Below, piece by piece: positions 20,016 to 30,458 of a stretch of DNA of 64,000 nt. A model generated the notes under the pieces. It searched no databases. It saw nothing but the letters and a program-made list of their open reading frames with translations, and was not told where the DNA came from. The DNA lies in IMG/VR virus record IMGVR_UViG_2713896905_000004, positions 31,599 to 95,598 of that record; one strand, given 5' to 3'. The DNA comes from a virus. Taxonomy: Duplodnaviria; Heunggongvirae; Uroviricota; Caudoviricetes. The translations under genes were made by a program, and so were the position numbers. How positions within the stretch are numbered: position 1 is the stretch's first letter; each line of letters begins with the position of its first letter.

Positions 20016-20789
20016 TCAGATATCGGCCTTATTCGGAATTTTATCAGCCACCAGCGGCAATAAAGCCTTCGCCATTTCATGAACCAACATGGCATCAATG
20101 ACGCCTAGCGTATGGCCCGGCTTAATCTTTAATGCGGCCTCAAGATAGCCTCTTTCCAGAGTGGTTTTTACGCTTTTCTTGGGCGATTGTTGGGAACTAT
20201 CCGGAAAATCCGGATGGTTGCCAGCCACATAAGCTACCCGCAACCAGTGCATGAATGTTTCCGCAGACACACAACCGCAGTCCACATCGATTTTCCCGCG
20301 TTGCTGTTCCAGCCATTGCTCAAAATCTAACTTGTAAGCCTTACTTTCAGGTTCATCACCATTGAACTCGACTTTCTGCGACGCTATGAGAGCAGCTTCG
20401 TATTGTTCGCGAGTGACAACTGACTGGTATTCATCGCTATCAAGGTCACCGATTGGAAGCTCAATCTCACAACAAAAATTGCGCCCAAAGAAAGTGTCTT
20501 TTTTGTGGTCCGAGCCAAAAGCAAAAGTCGCGCATGGCGCCATTAAATTGGCACTGAGCAGGCGACAATCGATCATACCATCAGGCCACCCGCCGCACTT
20601 GGGCAGCTCCTTCACTAACAAGTCGATAAGCTTCATTTTTTTATCATCTTTGCAAGCCGCCAAAGCCATTTGGGCAAGTGCCAATACTTCATCTGCCGTA
20701 TATCCAGCACCGTGACCATACATTTCGATACGGGAAATAATCTCTGATATACGCTCTTCAGTGATTCTGGTCATTTCTTTTTGCGCCAT
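20016..20789 (-). CDS. hypothetical protein
   Basis: 257-aa ORF. Confidence 0.5.
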   Translation of the reverse strand: MAQKEMTRITEERISEIISRIEMYGHGAGYTADEVLALAQMALAACKDDKKMKLIDLLVKELPKCGGWPDGMIDCRLLSANLMAPCATFAFGSDHKKDTFFGRNFCCEIELPIGDLDSDEYQSVVTREQYEAALIASQKVEFNGDEPESKAYKLDFEQWLEQQRGKIDVDCGCVSAETFMHWLRVAYVAGNHPDFPDSSQQSPKKSVKTTLERGYLEAALKIKPGHTLGVIDAMLVHEMAKALLPLVADKIPNKADI

Positions 20790-21145
20790 TTCTTTTCACA
20801 TTCCTTAGTCCATTTTTCAATGTTCATTTTGGCAATATCAGTCATTCCATCACCTAAGAAATACTTTTTCCGGTATGTCTTGCACTTAAACCACACTACA
20901 ACAGCCACCAGCCAGAAAATAAAAGGCCATACAGCAATACCAACGACAGCCGCGATAAAGCCCAATAGCCATAAATGAAGCTCTCCAACTTCTGTTTCCG
21001 GCAATATTCTTAAAGAATTAAACAGCAGGCTGAACGAATGGTCGTATGCATTGGCAGTATAAGACATGCAATCCATATAATTAAAGTCATAGCCTGCGGC
21101 TGCCGCCCATAATGGGCGGTCAAGAAAATGTTTTAGTGTCATCAT
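20771..21145 (-). CDS. hypothetical membrane protein
   Basis: Hydrophobic stretch LWLLGFIAAVVGIAVWPFIFWLVAVVVWF, basic C-terminus; AT-rich. Confidence 0.5.
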   Translation of the reverse strand: MMTLKHFLDRPLWAAAAGYDFNYMDCMSYTANAYDHSFSLLFNSLRILPETEVGELHLWLLGFIAAVVGIAVWPFIFWLVAVVVWFKCKTYRKKYFLGDGMTDIAKMNIEKWTKECEKKWRKKK

Positions 21146-21151
21146 ATAAAT

Positions 21152-21445
21152 TCAAGGTTCAGACCAGTTATCTTCAATAGCAATGCTTAATCTTTGTAGC
21201 CATTCTGCTAATTTCAGCATTGCTTCTCTTTCGCTTAAACCACGAGGAAAATCATCAAGTGAAATTGTTGGCTTGAATCCCCCGTAATTATCCATTTCAA
21301 CTGTCAGATTTTGTTCCAGCACGGTATTTCTTACGCGACTATTGTGCCGGAGCAAATATACTGAGCGTGATTTATTGGTTTTGTGGTCTAGCTTATATTC
21401 GGTAAGTATCATCTGGCTTTTGCCATGATTATTACCTCTCCACAT
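21152..21445 (-). CDS. hypothetical protein
   Basis: Start chosen at the internal ATG with GAGGT ribosome-binding site; AT-rich. Confidence 0.45.
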   Translation of the reverse strand: MWRGNNHGKSQMILTEYKLDHKTNKSRSVYLLRHNSRVRNTVLEQNLTVEMDNYGGFKPTISLDDFPRGLSEREAMLKLAEWLQRLSIAIEDNWSEP

Positions 21446-21452
21446 ACTTACC

Positions 21453-21575
21453 TCACTTAATAAAACAACTCCATGCGTAGTTGATGATTTTTCCCCACGT
21501 AATATAAATCTGCACTCCGGCAGTAAAACCAAAGCCAACAATTGCTGAAAAAATCAAAACATTTACTTTTGACAT
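21453..21575 (-). CDS. putative 40-aa transmembrane peptide
   Basis: MSKVNVLIFSAIVGFGFTAGVQIYITWGKIINYAWSCFIK; stop abuts the next gene's ribosome-binding site. Confidence 0.3.
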   Translation of the reverse strand: MSKVNVLIFSAIVGFGFTAGVQIYITWGKIINYAWSCFIK

Positions 21576-21623
21576 TATAAATTTTCTCTCGGTGTCGTAG
21601 GTTATAGCACCATAATTGATAAT

Positions 21624-21857
21624 TTAGTGAGTTAGCAGTTCCATTTTTTGGATGATTTCCGCATGAGCATCATCGTTGTCAACACTTAACTCGTTTAATG
21701 CCTCTCGCACTACATCAACTTCTTCTGGTTGGAAGAAGTCATCTCGGTAGTCACCAAATAGAACCGAAACAAGCCTTCCACCAGCAACATCAAGATTGGC
21801 GCTAACAGGTGGCTCTTTACCATCCTCAAATTCGATTACAAAAGTTAATTTCCCCAT
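21624..21857 (-). CDS. small acidic hypothetical protein
   Basis: Start chosen at the Met with GGTGGT ribosome-binding site. Confidence 0.4.
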   Translation of the reverse strand: MGKLTFVIEFEDGKEPPVSANLDVAGGRLVSVLFGDYRDDFFQPEEVDVVREALNELSVDNDDAHAEIIQKMELLTH

Positions 21858-21939
21858 CGTTACCACCAGCGACAAATTGAATACAAACCCAGTGCTGCCG
21901 CCATCACAATTCCTACCGTTGCGAATGCTTCAGGCCAGC

Positions 21940-23163
21940 TCATTGACCTGCCTCCTGGGGAGGTTCTGGTAGCAGCATCCAGAACAAGGCGTTCCCTAAC
22001 CAGGATAAAGTGCCGTCGCTCAACTCCACGTATTCCCCTTGCACCTGTCCTGCCATATACTCACCGTGCTTTGAATAAATTAAAATCCAATCATCTTGAG
22101 CGGGCATTCGCTCACTACAGCTTATCCAACCATCCGGAGTTACCTGAGAATTGCCATTTACCAAGTCAGCTCGAACATATAGCGTGTCATCATGGTGCTG
22201 ATTGTGGCTGCACCACGTTAATTCGCTTAACTCGCCATCTTCTGGCCATACTCCAGCTGTTTGCAGCCAGATATGGGCTGGCGCATCCTGGCAAGGTGTA
22301 TTAACTGGAAACTTGTAAGTTTGGCTTACAGGTTGGCTACCCTGAAGCATGGCAGCGTGGCAGGCATACTCAACGCCCTTAACTGCATCTGCGCAGTAGT
22401 TATAGCGATTGCATTCCACTAATTTCCGTTTGAGTTTTTCAATTGCCTGCGCGACATCAGCCTGTATTACAGGAACTGGCGGAACGGCTGTTTGCTCTCG
22501 AACGTCATTAGTCGCTATCGGTTCTGCTGCCAACTGACTGGCATATTTGTTAATGGTAACGATAAGCTCTTGCTCAGCCTCATCCAGACAATCACCGATA
22601 CCTCGCCTGTCACCGTCAAAATCATCGAAATCGGCACGAATCTTGGCAACCTTCAGGATTGCGGACAACACTTCACTAGGAATTACCGGATAGTTGGTTG
22701 ACGTTTCCGCGATTTCCCGAAAATTATTGGTTGACGAATTCTTATTTTCCCGAAAGTTTCCGGACTGAAGCATGGCGGCGCGGCAGGCGTTCCAGCCTCT
22801 AGCCTCTGCGATTGCCGCAACCGCATCAATCGCGAACATGTTCGAAGCTTTGGGCATCGGTTTTTCCTCCGGCACTATCGGCGCTGGCGGGGCGGTGTAA
22901 AGTGGAATAGCTTCTGTCTTGCACCCATCCCCCTTGCCGGGTGATAGTGGCGCAAGACACACCCGCCACGGGCCAATCTGCACACCGTCAAAAAGACTAG
23001 TAAGCCGCCATTTCCACGCTACAGGCTCCGCTTCGATCGATGCCAGTGCAATCCGTGCCAGTTCTTCCGCTTCTTCTGCTGGCAGTACAACGTTGCTACC
23101 CGGTCCGTATGTTTCGCGCCACTGCTTGATTGTCAGCAGTCGCTCTTTGGTTATAGTGGTCAT
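21940..23163 (-). CDS. hypothetical protein with DUF551-like C-terminus
   Basis: C-terminal WISCSERMPAQDDWILIYSKHGEYMAGQ... resembles a common prophage domain. Confidence 0.55.
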   Translation of the reverse strand: MTTITKERLLTIKQWRETYGPGSNVVLPAEEAEELARIALASIEAEPVAWKWRLTSLFDGVQIGPWRVCLAPLSPGKGDGCKTEAIPLYTAPPAPIVPEEKPMPKASNMFAIDAVAAIAEARGWNACRAAMLQSGNFRENKNSSTNNFREIAETSTNYPVIPSEVLSAILKVAKIRADFDDFDGDRRGIGDCLDEAEQELIVTINKYASQLAAEPIATNDVREQTAVPPVPVIQADVAQAIEKLKRKLVECNRYNYCADAVKGVEYACHAAMLQGSQPVSQTYKFPVNTPCQDAPAHIWLQTAGVWPEDGELSELTWCSHNQHHDDTLYVRADLVNGNSQVTPDGWISCSERMPAQDDWILIYSKHGEYMAGQVQGEYVELSDGTLSWLGNALFWMLLPEPPQEAGQ

Positions 23164-23441
23164 TTGTTAATCCTCAAAACTTTATGCCCGGGCGCAAAAG
23201 CACGCGTTTTGTCTTTGCTTATTCGCCAGCCATCCTTGCGCGCCTCTTTTGCACAGCCAGCCCATGACGTACCTATATACTCACCGAAGTCTGGCGACTT
23301 ATATTTGCCATCTGTACACTGGAGGCAATCACAATAGAGATGCATGGTGTAACTTGCAGCGATAGCCATATCACTCTCCTTTAGTGCGCAAGTGGTTTTT
23401 CCAGCGGTTTTGCGCCGCGCTGGGCTTTTTGCAAAAACCAC
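23160..23441 (-). CDS. small Cys-rich hypothetical protein
   Basis: ORF with GTG start; CDCLQC motif. Confidence 0.35.
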   Translation of the reverse strand: MVFAKSPARRKTAGKTTCALKESDMAIAASYTMHLYCDCLQCTDGKYKSPDFGEYIGTSWAGCAKEARKDGWRISKDKTRAFAPGHKVLRINK

Positions 23442-23558
23442 AATCCATCATCCCGTAATATTTCATCAACCCCATCCGTCGGTTGCTGAGTCTCACCCAC
23501 TGCCAGACGCCAGGAGCGTTTCTACGAACTAACAGAATCTTTGCTTTACGGTTTTTCA
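23370..23558 (-). CDS. small basic protein (MKNRKAK... paralog 1)
   Basis: Shares start motif atgaaaaaccgtaaRgcaaa with 23562-23732; my count places this ORF 1 nt left of the supplied track. Confidence 0.3.
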
Positions 23559-23561
23559 TCT

Positions 23562-23732
23562 TACAGCGTACCCTTTCTTCCGCCTGTTCTGTGACGCAGT
23601 AGGCTTACGCTTTGCGGCAAAAGCCACCTGACCAAATGGATGGAGTACCGCTATCTTATGGTTGCTAATAACCAGCTCCACCACACGCACAGGTCGCTGT
23701 AAAAAAAGTCGTTTTGCCTTACGGTTTTTCAT
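23562..23732 (-). CDS. small basic protein (MKNRKAK... paralog 2)
   Basis: 56-aa ORF; start overlaps the stop of the upstream small ORF. Confidence 0.3.
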
Positions 23733-23905
23733 CGCTTTGCTCTCCTGCGTCTCTTTGCTGCTCGTCGTGCCGCTGCAATACCGGTATGGCGGCGCTTTGG
23801 TGCCGGGATGATGTTGTCAGCCATCAGGACATACGGCTTTGCAATTAGCGCAGAAGCCCAAAAACGAGTCGGGTACGGTAACAAGCCGATACATGCCACA
23901 CGCAT
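23729..23905 (-). CDS. small basic protein
   Basis: AGGAGGTGA ribosome-binding site; start overlaps the stop of the 252-aa gene. Confidence 0.3.
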   Translation of the reverse strand: MRVACIGLLPYPTRFWASALIAKPYVLMADNIIPAPKRRHTGIAAARRAAKRRRRAKR

Positions 23906-24663
23906 TACTCACCTCCTTTGATGCGAATGCCTGCGGCGCGGATTGCATCGATGACTTCAGAAACTTTGTATGCCATTACCGTTTGGTAATCATCGTGAAA
24001 ATCTGTTCGATGAAGCATGCTGCTACGTTCCGGGAGCGATATTTCCCGAGCATCCAGTTCCTTAACGCGTTCCTCCAGTTCGTAGACCCTGCATTGTTCT
24101 CTATCATCAATCAGATATAACCCAAGACATTCGCTTTCTACCCAACCGCCAAAATCATGATCGTAACGCTCACATGAAAACTCACCGTCACCGTCCTTTG
24201 TTGGAATGGTGTAACTATCTAATGGGCCACCATATGTCGGCACATTTCCCAATGTTGGATGCTCAATCCACATGAAAAATGCACGTCCGGTTATTGGGCA
24301 AATATCTGGCCGCCATTGGTTACGAACAGCCTTGGTTTCGGATAATTCTTCAGCGTGTTGTTTTACTTCCTCAAGCTCAACTCTCAGCTTCCCTACCGTT
24401 AGCGCAATATCCTCGTTCTCCTGGTCGCGGCATTTTATGTATTGCTGGTTTCTTTCCCGTTCATCCAGTAGTGCCAGCACGGTTTCTGGTCCGGTCAGAA
24501 ATTTGAAGGCGTTGAGCGCATCAATATCCACACCGTAATCCTTAAGTTCCTGTTCAGTTAACAAATCATCATCAACTGGCAACATTAACAGGTGTTCCAT
24601 TGCCGGAATTGCACGCTCTGCCGCCTCACGCAGTGCCTGATAGTCAATTGTCATTCTCGCCAT
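23905..24663 (-). CDS. hypothetical protein
   Basis: 252-aa ORF. Confidence 0.5.
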   Translation of the reverse strand: MARMTIDYQALREAAERAIPAMEHLLMLPVDDDLLTEQELKDYGVDIDALNAFKFLTGPETVLALLDERERNQQYIKCRDQENEDIALTVGKLRVELEEVKQHAEELSETKAVRNQWRPDICPITGRAFFMWIEHPTLGNVPTYGGPLDSYTIPTKDGDGEFSCERYDHDFGGWVESECLGLYLIDDREQCRVYELEERVKELDAREISLPERSSMLHRTDFHDDYQTVMAYKVSEVIDAIRAAGIRIKGGE

Positions 24664-25295
24664 CCTTCACAGTTGTAATCACTACAGCCTTCAAAATCAT
24701 ATGGGCTGTACTGCCAGGTTATTTTTCCGCAATGCGGACAATTCCAACGCACCTTCCCGCTTCGCGACTTCTTTCTTCTGTTCTGCTCTTTCAACCAGTC
24801 AGGCATGACCAAACCTGCGCCCTGAACCATTGTTCTGCGGTTAAAGTTATTGATATTGAACGTCCGACGCTTTGCTGCATCAGCAATGGAAAATGGCAAC
24901 CAAACTATTCCTGGTTCGTTTTTGTTGGCGACGCTAAAGATGGTCGCTTTACTGAAGTCATCTGTTGGCAATCCACCGTGTTGAAGCCAGTAAACATCGT
25001 TGCCGTTCCAGCTACCTTTTTTGTAGGCCACATACGCAGTGCAATCTGACTCAATCAGGCTTTCTGTGGGGATGTACTGGCAATCAACGTGCCACACAGC
25101 CATTGCATCCACGCTATCAGCGCAAACAGGCTGATCGATATCTCGTCCACAATTCCAGGCTTTTTGGGCTTCTTCCAGCGTGTAAACATGAGCGCGATCG
25201 ATATCAGAACTGTAACCATTGCCGTTATGGCAATGGAATGAGGCGTTATTACCCACAGTTTCACGCAAGCACATCATGTAAAAGCGGTTATTCAC
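24651..25295 (-). CDS. hypothetical Cys-rich protein
   Basis: 214-aa ORF. Confidence 0.5.
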   Translation of the reverse strand: MNNRFYMMCLRETVGNNASFHCHNGNGYSSDIDRAHVYTLEEAQKAWNCGRDIDQPVCADSVDAMAVWHVDCQYIPTESLIESDCTAYVAYKKGSWNGNDVYWLQHGGLPTDDFSKATIFSVANKNEPGIVWLPFSIADAAKRRTFNINNFNRRTMVQGAGLVMPDWLKEQNRRKKSRSGKVRWNCPHCGKITWQYSPYDFEGCSDYNCEGWRE

Positions 25296-25572
25296 TGGTT
25301 GCCTCCGCTTCCCACGTTTTCAGACTTTCACCACAGAACGGGCAAAATGAAACTCGAATAGGCGATTTAGAAAATTCACCAGACCGCAGCATGATCAGGT
25401 CTTGTGAATGAATTAATTCATGGTTATAGATTTTGTATTTCAGCAGACCTTTTCGCGTCGTGTATTCAGCGTCATGCTCCAGGGATTGTGCCAACGCCGC
25501 GCACGGTTCTATCTTGTTGCCATTAATTTGGCATTTTGACTCACTCACTGGTTGCCCCCTGAATACGCTCAA
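25288..25572 (-). CDS. small hypothetical protein with zinc-ribbon-like CPFCG
   Basis: 94-aa ORF. Confidence 0.4.
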   Translation of the reverse strand: MSVFRGQPVSESKCQINGNKIEPCAALAQSLEHDAEYTTRKGLLKYKIYNHELIHSQDLIMLRSGEFSKSPIRVSFCPFCGESLKTWEAEATSE

Positions 25573-26122
25573 ACTCTATTACCCACACCCAAGGATTAGC
25601 GTTCCAACTATCTTCGCCATAAATTGATTTCCATAGGCTACGGAAACCTGGGTAATGCTTATCGCCAATGAGGGGCGATTCTGTTGGTGCGCCCTCAGCC
25701 CTTGCATCGCATTCGCTGATATCGTTCAACCGCTCAACGCGCACGTTGGTAATTTCCAGAAGAATGCGCGATGCCCAGCGCGGCATGTGAATTGATGGCG
25801 TCCACTTTTCTGATACTGGTTTATTACAAACCTCGACCGGAACCCGGTGCGTTTGTTCTGTCCAGGAGTTACGCACGCTTGCGCGATAAACCAGCGTTGC
25901 GACGTCCGTCGCTTTGCCATGTACCCGGTAGGTTTCGCGAACCCAAATACGATCGCCCGGTTGACCATATGGACAATGCTTGGCAAGCAACTCTGCGGCC
26001 ACTGCCCGTCCATAGAATTTTTCTTCAACAATCCTGCGAGTCTGTTTTTTATTCCCGCCAAGAATTGCCCGGACCATCTCATCGTTAAAAATCATGCCGC
26101 GCTCTTTCACTTCGCCTTTCAT
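25541..26122 (-). CDS. hypothetical protein
   Basis: 193-aa ORF. Confidence 0.5.
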   Translation of the reverse strand: MKGEVKERGMIFNDEMVRAILGGNKKQTRRIVEEKFYGRAVAAELLAKHCPYGQPGDRIWVRETYRVHGKATDVATLVYRASVRNSWTEQTHRVPVEVCNKPVSEKWTPSIHMPRWASRILLEITNVRVERLNDISECDARAEGAPTESPLIGDKHYPGFRSLWKSIYGEDSWNANPWVWVIEFERIQGATSE

Positions 26123-26300
26123 GCATCCCCCTTACCCATGTGCGACGATGCCGCCAAAAGTGATAGAGAACAGCCAGAAATAGATCGCGGCCATAATGAT
26201 TTTGAATGCCGTGTTCATATTTTCAGCTCCTGTGATTGATTGGATACATGCCGCGCCTTGCGGCATGTTTTTATTTTCACTTTCTCTGTTTTAAAAATCA

Positions 26301-26317
26301 ATATTTATTAGAGCAAT
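26301..26317. promoter_or_regulatory. C1 operator
   Basis: atatttattagagcaat. Confidence 0.55.
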
Positions 26318-26823
26318 TATTGCTGATGGAGAAGCGCGTTTTCATACTCCCTGACCATTAACGTAAGCACGCCGTGCCTCCTGAAAACACGCGCCACTTC
26401 AATCTTATCTTCCAGCGCGAACGCGATTTTACTTAGACCAATTTTCTTAAGGAGATCAATCTTTGCTGGGCCGTCATTTCTGTCATCGGTGGCAGGACGC
26501 ATAGATAGCAAAGGCTCAGCCCCGTTTGTTACGTACTTCCGCAGCCAGGCTAGTGTTTTATCCCTTGCGATCTCACAGCGCCCGGTTACAAACCAGACCG
26601 TGTAAACGTTAAATAACTGGCGCACCATATCAATAACTGGAGTGATGGGAGTATCGGTGTCACAGGCGAGATTAAACTCGTTCCAGTCCTTTGTTAATGC
26701 ACCTTTACCTGGTGGCGGAAGCAAATGCAGTCTGTCTTCAGTTGCCTCTGATATTGTTCCATCAATATCAACTATGACGATATACGGACGTTCCTGGTGT
26801 GCGTGTTTATTGAAAATACTCAA
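26317..26823 (-). CDS. HAD-superfamily phosphatase-like protein
   Basis: Motif IVIVDIDGT (DxDGT) near the N-terminus. Confidence 0.55.
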   Translation of the reverse strand: MSIFNKHAHQERPYIVIVDIDGTISEATEDRLHLLPPPGKGALTKDWNEFNLACDTDTPITPVIDMVRQLFNVYTVWFVTGRCEIARDKTLAWLRKYVTNGAEPLLSMRPATDDRNDGPAKIDLLKKIGLSKIAFALEDKIEVARVFRRHGVLTLMVREYENALLHQQ

Positions 26824-26841
26824 ATGCCCTCCTCATTGGAC

Positions 26842-26877
26842 GAAAAAAATGCTGGTGGGCGCACTCCACCAGCATTA
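26842..26877 (-). terminator. rho-independent terminator after the 420-aa gene
   Basis: Minus strand aatgctggtggagtgcgcccaccagcatt followed by seven T. Confidence 0.6.
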
Positions 26878-26895
26878 AAAGTGACACTGTAACTG

Positions 26896-28158
26896 TCAGC
26901 GAACGTAAATAGTGCCGCCGTTCTCTTTTTCCCATGCATCGCTACGTGCATAGCAAACATCGAGAAGTCTTCTTGCCGCTGTTTCCTCTAAACCCAATTC
27001 GACAACCAACTGCTCATGACGGCGGGTAACCACATCAAACAGGGTATGCAGCCCTTTAGCTGCCAGATCATCAATAAATTCCGGTTCGAACGGCAGCTCT
27101 GCATCTGCCAACATAACCTCTTGCGCCCACTCGACACGGCGGACCAGTTCCGGGCGGCGGCTTTCCATCTCTTTACAGATCAATTCATGGAAGAACTCTA
27201 CCCAACCTTCCGGCTGGAACTCGCGGAAAATGGCCAGCGGCTGGAAGTTTGGCATCAACCATTCGTTGATTCGGATATCAATGGCATAGCCCATGTCGCA
27301 GCAGAACTGATAAGCAAAGTCCAGCTTAGAAACGATATAAGGACGCTCGTTATTGAACTCTTTAGGCGATGAGATCCCATAAGCCAGGAGGCGCGGGAAG
27401 AAGGAGATTTGCCCTAACGTCGGATGAAGTTTGCTTGCAGGGAAACGGCGCTCAGTAATGCCATACATTTCCTTCTTGAGCGTCGCAAATTTGGCATTCT
27501 CATTAACCAGCGCGGTAACCTCTGCTTTTTTATTAGCAAATGCCACGCGCGCTTCGCTTGCATCTTTAATAGTTTTTTTGAGCTGTTGGTTAAGGTCGGC
27601 GACCTGCTTACGCAGTTCCTGTCGCTCGCTTTTAGCTTTGTTATAGCGTTTCTCAAGGTTAAAAGGATCAAGTTTCATGATCTCTTTATATTGAGATTTT
27701 AGCGTTGAAATCTGTGAGTTCCGCAGTTCAACCATCGCGGTCATTTCATTGAGTTTTGTTTCCAGCTCAATGCTTATACGTTCGGCATTATCAGCACGCT
27801 GGTTGGCGTCATGCGTCGCATCGTCGATCGCGTCCTGTTGCTGGCGTTTCAAATGTTCAATTTGTAGCTGAAGCTCTTCAATTTCTTTACCCTTCAGACC
27901 GAGATCCAACTGCATATTTTCAGCTGCATCTACCAGGGAGTTATGGCTATCAGCTTCTGCGTTATAAACATCAATAAGCTGTGCGTGAAGCATCTCCGCT
28001 GACTGAACCGCATTATCAAAAAAACGCGCTGTGAGGTCATCACAACTAACGCGGCGTTGCGCGGCCCGGATGTTCTGGATAATGGCCGGGATACCAGCAT
28101 TCAGGACGTCAGGGATAGATACATTTTCGATTGATTGGTTTTGTGCTGAAGTGCTCAT
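26896..28158 (-). CDS. coiled-coil hypothetical protein
   Basis: 420 aa; long N-terminal heptad-like region. Confidence 0.55.
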   Translation of the reverse strand: MSTSAQNQSIENVSIPDVLNAGIPAIIQNIRAAQRRVSCDDLTARFFDNAVQSAEMLHAQLIDVYNAEADSHNSLVDAAENMQLDLGLKGKEIEELQLQIEHLKRQQQDAIDDATHDANQRADNAERISIELETKLNEMTAMVELRNSQISTLKSQYKEIMKLDPFNLEKRYNKAKSERQELRKQVADLNQQLKKTIKDASEARVAFANKKAEVTALVNENAKFATLKKEMYGITERRFPASKLHPTLGQISFFPRLLAYGISSPKEFNNERPYIVSKLDFAYQFCCDMGYAIDIRINEWLMPNFQPLAIFREFQPEGWVEFFHELICKEMESRRPELVRRVEWAQEVMLADAELPFEPEFIDDLAAKGLHTLFDVVTRRHEQLVVELGLEETAARRLLDVCYARSDAWEKENGGTIYVR

Positions 28159-28392
28159 TTCAAAGTTCCGTATTAGCTTGTGCTTCGGTCATTTTTCCTA
28201 AGTATGAAGGAGGAAGGACTACGCAATTTGTATCCAGTCCCTCACCTATGGCAGCCTGTAAAATTCTGGCTAAGGTGAGTCTCTTGTTGCGATACCTGGT
28301 GATGACATGCCTGATACCGCCGGTCGGCGTAACAAAGGCGATCAGCCAGTAGTGATATTTCCGTCGGAATGGCCACATAGTGCACCTTGTAG

Positions 28393-28409
28393 ATTGCTCT
28401 AATAAAAAA
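28393..28409 (+). promoter_or_regulatory. C1 operator
   Basis: attgctctaataaaaaa. Confidence 0.55.
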
Positions 28410-28441
28410 CGTGATGAGTGTACATCACGTTTTAAAAATAT

Positions 28442-28458
28442 GGAATTATTAGAGCAAT
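28442..28458 (-). promoter_or_regulatory. C1 operator (second of a divergent pair)
   Basis: aattattagagcaat. Confidence 0.5.
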
Positions 28459-28459
28459 C

Positions 28460-29161
28460 TTATTCTGATTCTCGCTCAAAAAATGAGCTGATAAGGGGAA
28501 GCCAATCCTCTGACACTTCGCGAGGTCGCGGTTTGCCGTGGAAAAAGATTATTCGGCAGTCTTTTGGTAATGCCCCATTCCCCCTGGAGTAACGCGCGCT
28601 CGCATATTTTGAACCAGGTTCCACAACATCGGCCTTGTAACTTACAAACCATCCTGGATACAGATCCTGAAATGCTGGTGTATCATCGCCCATAACCTTT
28701 CGTAAGAACCCCTGGTCACCCCAGCACTCAGTAGTGACACAACGAGAAATCCAACCTTCCGGATCTTGCCAGAATGAACTCCAGATATGCGCTTTAACAC
28801 TATTTGGTATCCACAGGGCACCGCTGCCACGATATTGTGGATGGTAAAAATCCCTAAGCATGGTGAAGCTGGTTGGTGGATGCTCTAGGATTGGGCGTAT
28901 ATCACCGGCAATAACCGTGTCCAAATCCAGATAGAACAGATCATCGGTTATATCCGGTCGGAACAACTCGATTTTCGCCCACCAGCCACGGCACTTTTGC
29001 CACTGGTTGATCAATGGGACAACTTTGACGCCAGGTACATGTAAACGCTTCAGGTCTGTCAGGCAAATAATTTCATAGCCTTTTGGCAGTTGATTAACCA
29101 GCCACTGCACATCGGAAGCGTTATAGTCACCACCAGAGCGAAAAACTAAAGCAATCTTCAT
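28460..29161 (-). CDS. hypothetical protein
   Basis: 233-aa ORF overlapping the next gene. Confidence 0.5.
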   Translation of the reverse strand: MKIALVFRSGGDYNASDVQWLVNQLPKGYEIICLTDLKRLHVPGVKVVPLINQWQKCRGWWAKIELFRPDITDDLFYLDLDTVIAGDIRPILEHPPTSFTMLRDFYHPQYRGSGALWIPNSVKAHIWSSFWQDPEGWISRCVTTECWGDQGFLRKVMGDDTPAFQDLYPGWFVSYKADVVEPGSKYASARYSRGNGALPKDCRIIFFHGKPRPREVSEDWLPLISSFFERESE

Positions 29162-29850
29162 GCTGCACCATCACCTTTCACTTTCATCAATGTCAGGTTT
29201 CCGCAAAATACGGCACCAGTGTCGATATACTGCTGATTCCAGAATGTCTTCGGGCTTTTCACCGGAGTGTGACCAAAGATAAAACGATCTGCGCCCGAAA
29301 TTTCGCCACCAATATCATCCATCGAATCACTGATACGCTCGCGCGCCCAGACAACGTTGAAAAGCGGCACCTCCTTACCGAATTGGTATTCATTATCCGG
29401 ATAGTCGGCATGGGCTATAACGATAGTTTCTTGCCCCGTGTTCAACTCAATGATATAGGGCAGACGCTTTACCAGCTCCACCAGCGCCCAGGCTAATATT
29501 TCCTGATCAGTGTCCAGCATGAAGAACCATTGTCCGCCATTCATTAGCCAGTTATTCACGTTGCCATCTGGACTTAACGCATCAATCATCAGCCGCTCAT
29601 GGTTCCCCATCACTGCCCTGAACCAGGGCATCTGCAATAGTTCCAGACATTCGACATTTTCAGTACCGCGATCGATAAGGTCGCCGACCGATATCAGTAA
29701 ATCCTGCGCCGGGTCAAAATCCACACGATGGAGTTCGGACATCAGTCTGGTGTAGCAACCATGCAGATCACCAACAACCCAGACATTCCTGTATTTGGTA
29801 CCGTCGATACGGTGATAAATTGTGGGTGCCATCATGTATTCTTCAGCCAT
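29158..29850 (-). CDS. ppp: Ser/Thr protein phosphatase (lambda PPase-like)
   Basis: Metallophosphoesterase motifs GDLHG, GDLIDRG, GNHE. Confidence 0.8.
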   Translation of the reverse strand: MAEEYMMAPTIYHRIDGTKYRNVWVVGDLHGCYTRLMSELHRVDFDPAQDLLISVGDLIDRGTENVECLELLQMPWFRAVMGNHERLMIDALSPDGNVNNWLMNGGQWFFMLDTDQEILAWALVELVKRLPYIIELNTGQETIVIAHADYPDNEYQFGKEVPLFNVVWARERISDSMDDIGGEISGADRFIFGHTPVKSPKTFWNQQYIDTGAVFCGNLTLMKVKGDGAA

Positions 29851-30458
29851 TCTTTAAGAGTCATCTGCGGAATACCTCCCATTTTCCCGCATGAAACAAC
29901 GTCAATCTGTTCACGCGCAGACTGGAATAACAAAGGCAGGTGACTTAGATTTTTTGGCGTGCCGCCGGAGTGAACGCGTAGTTCTTGCGTAGCGTCAACG
30001 CCCACCAGAGCTACATGTTTGAATCCGATATGGAAAGCCAGGTTCAGAGCACCATATGCACTATTGCCGCTGGCAATTTCATTCTCATCTTCGCAAAGGC
30101 CGAAATGTGCGGACCAGCGCCACGCCCACCACTCGGGAGAATTCGTATTTTTTGGCTCCATGCCGCGTTCAGCCACACGACGGAAGCACAGAACGCCATC
30201 TCTGACTTCACGTTCTTTAACATCGGGTAGTGCCATGCAATAACAAACACCACGGCGACGGCGGCCACGACCAACGCGCCGCATATTGTCTGGCGATGGA
30301 TCAAGTGTGAAAAAATAAGAAGCGCGGTTCAGCCAGTCGATGGCCCCATTGACCGCTATAATCGGCACTCCGCGCGGCGCAACAAAGTTTGCGGCGCTTG
30401 GGCCACTGCCGACGATAATAACGCGATCACTGCCTCTAAATTTATTCTTGGGAAACAT
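29832..30458 (-). CDS. hypothetical Rossmann-like protein (GSGPS motif)
   Basis: VIIVGSGPS...[10 protein letters not shown]...[26 protein letters not shown]; paralog of the next gene. Confidence 0.5.
   Translation of the reverse strand: MFPKNKFRGSDRVIIVGSGPSAANFVAPRGVPIIAVNGAIDWLNRASYFFTLDPSPDNMRRVGRGRRRRGVCYCMALPDVKEREVRDGVLCFRRVAERGMEPKNTNSPEWWAWRWSAHFGLCEDENEIASGNSAYGALNLAFHIGFKHVALVGVDATQELRVHSGGTPKNLSHLPLLFQSAREQIDVVSCGKMGGIPQMTLKEWLKNT

Noticed and set aside
24600-26240. Several 100-170-aa plus-strand ORFs overlapping the minus-strand gene block
   Set aside because: Antisense to a tightly packed co-directional operon and lacking start contexts.
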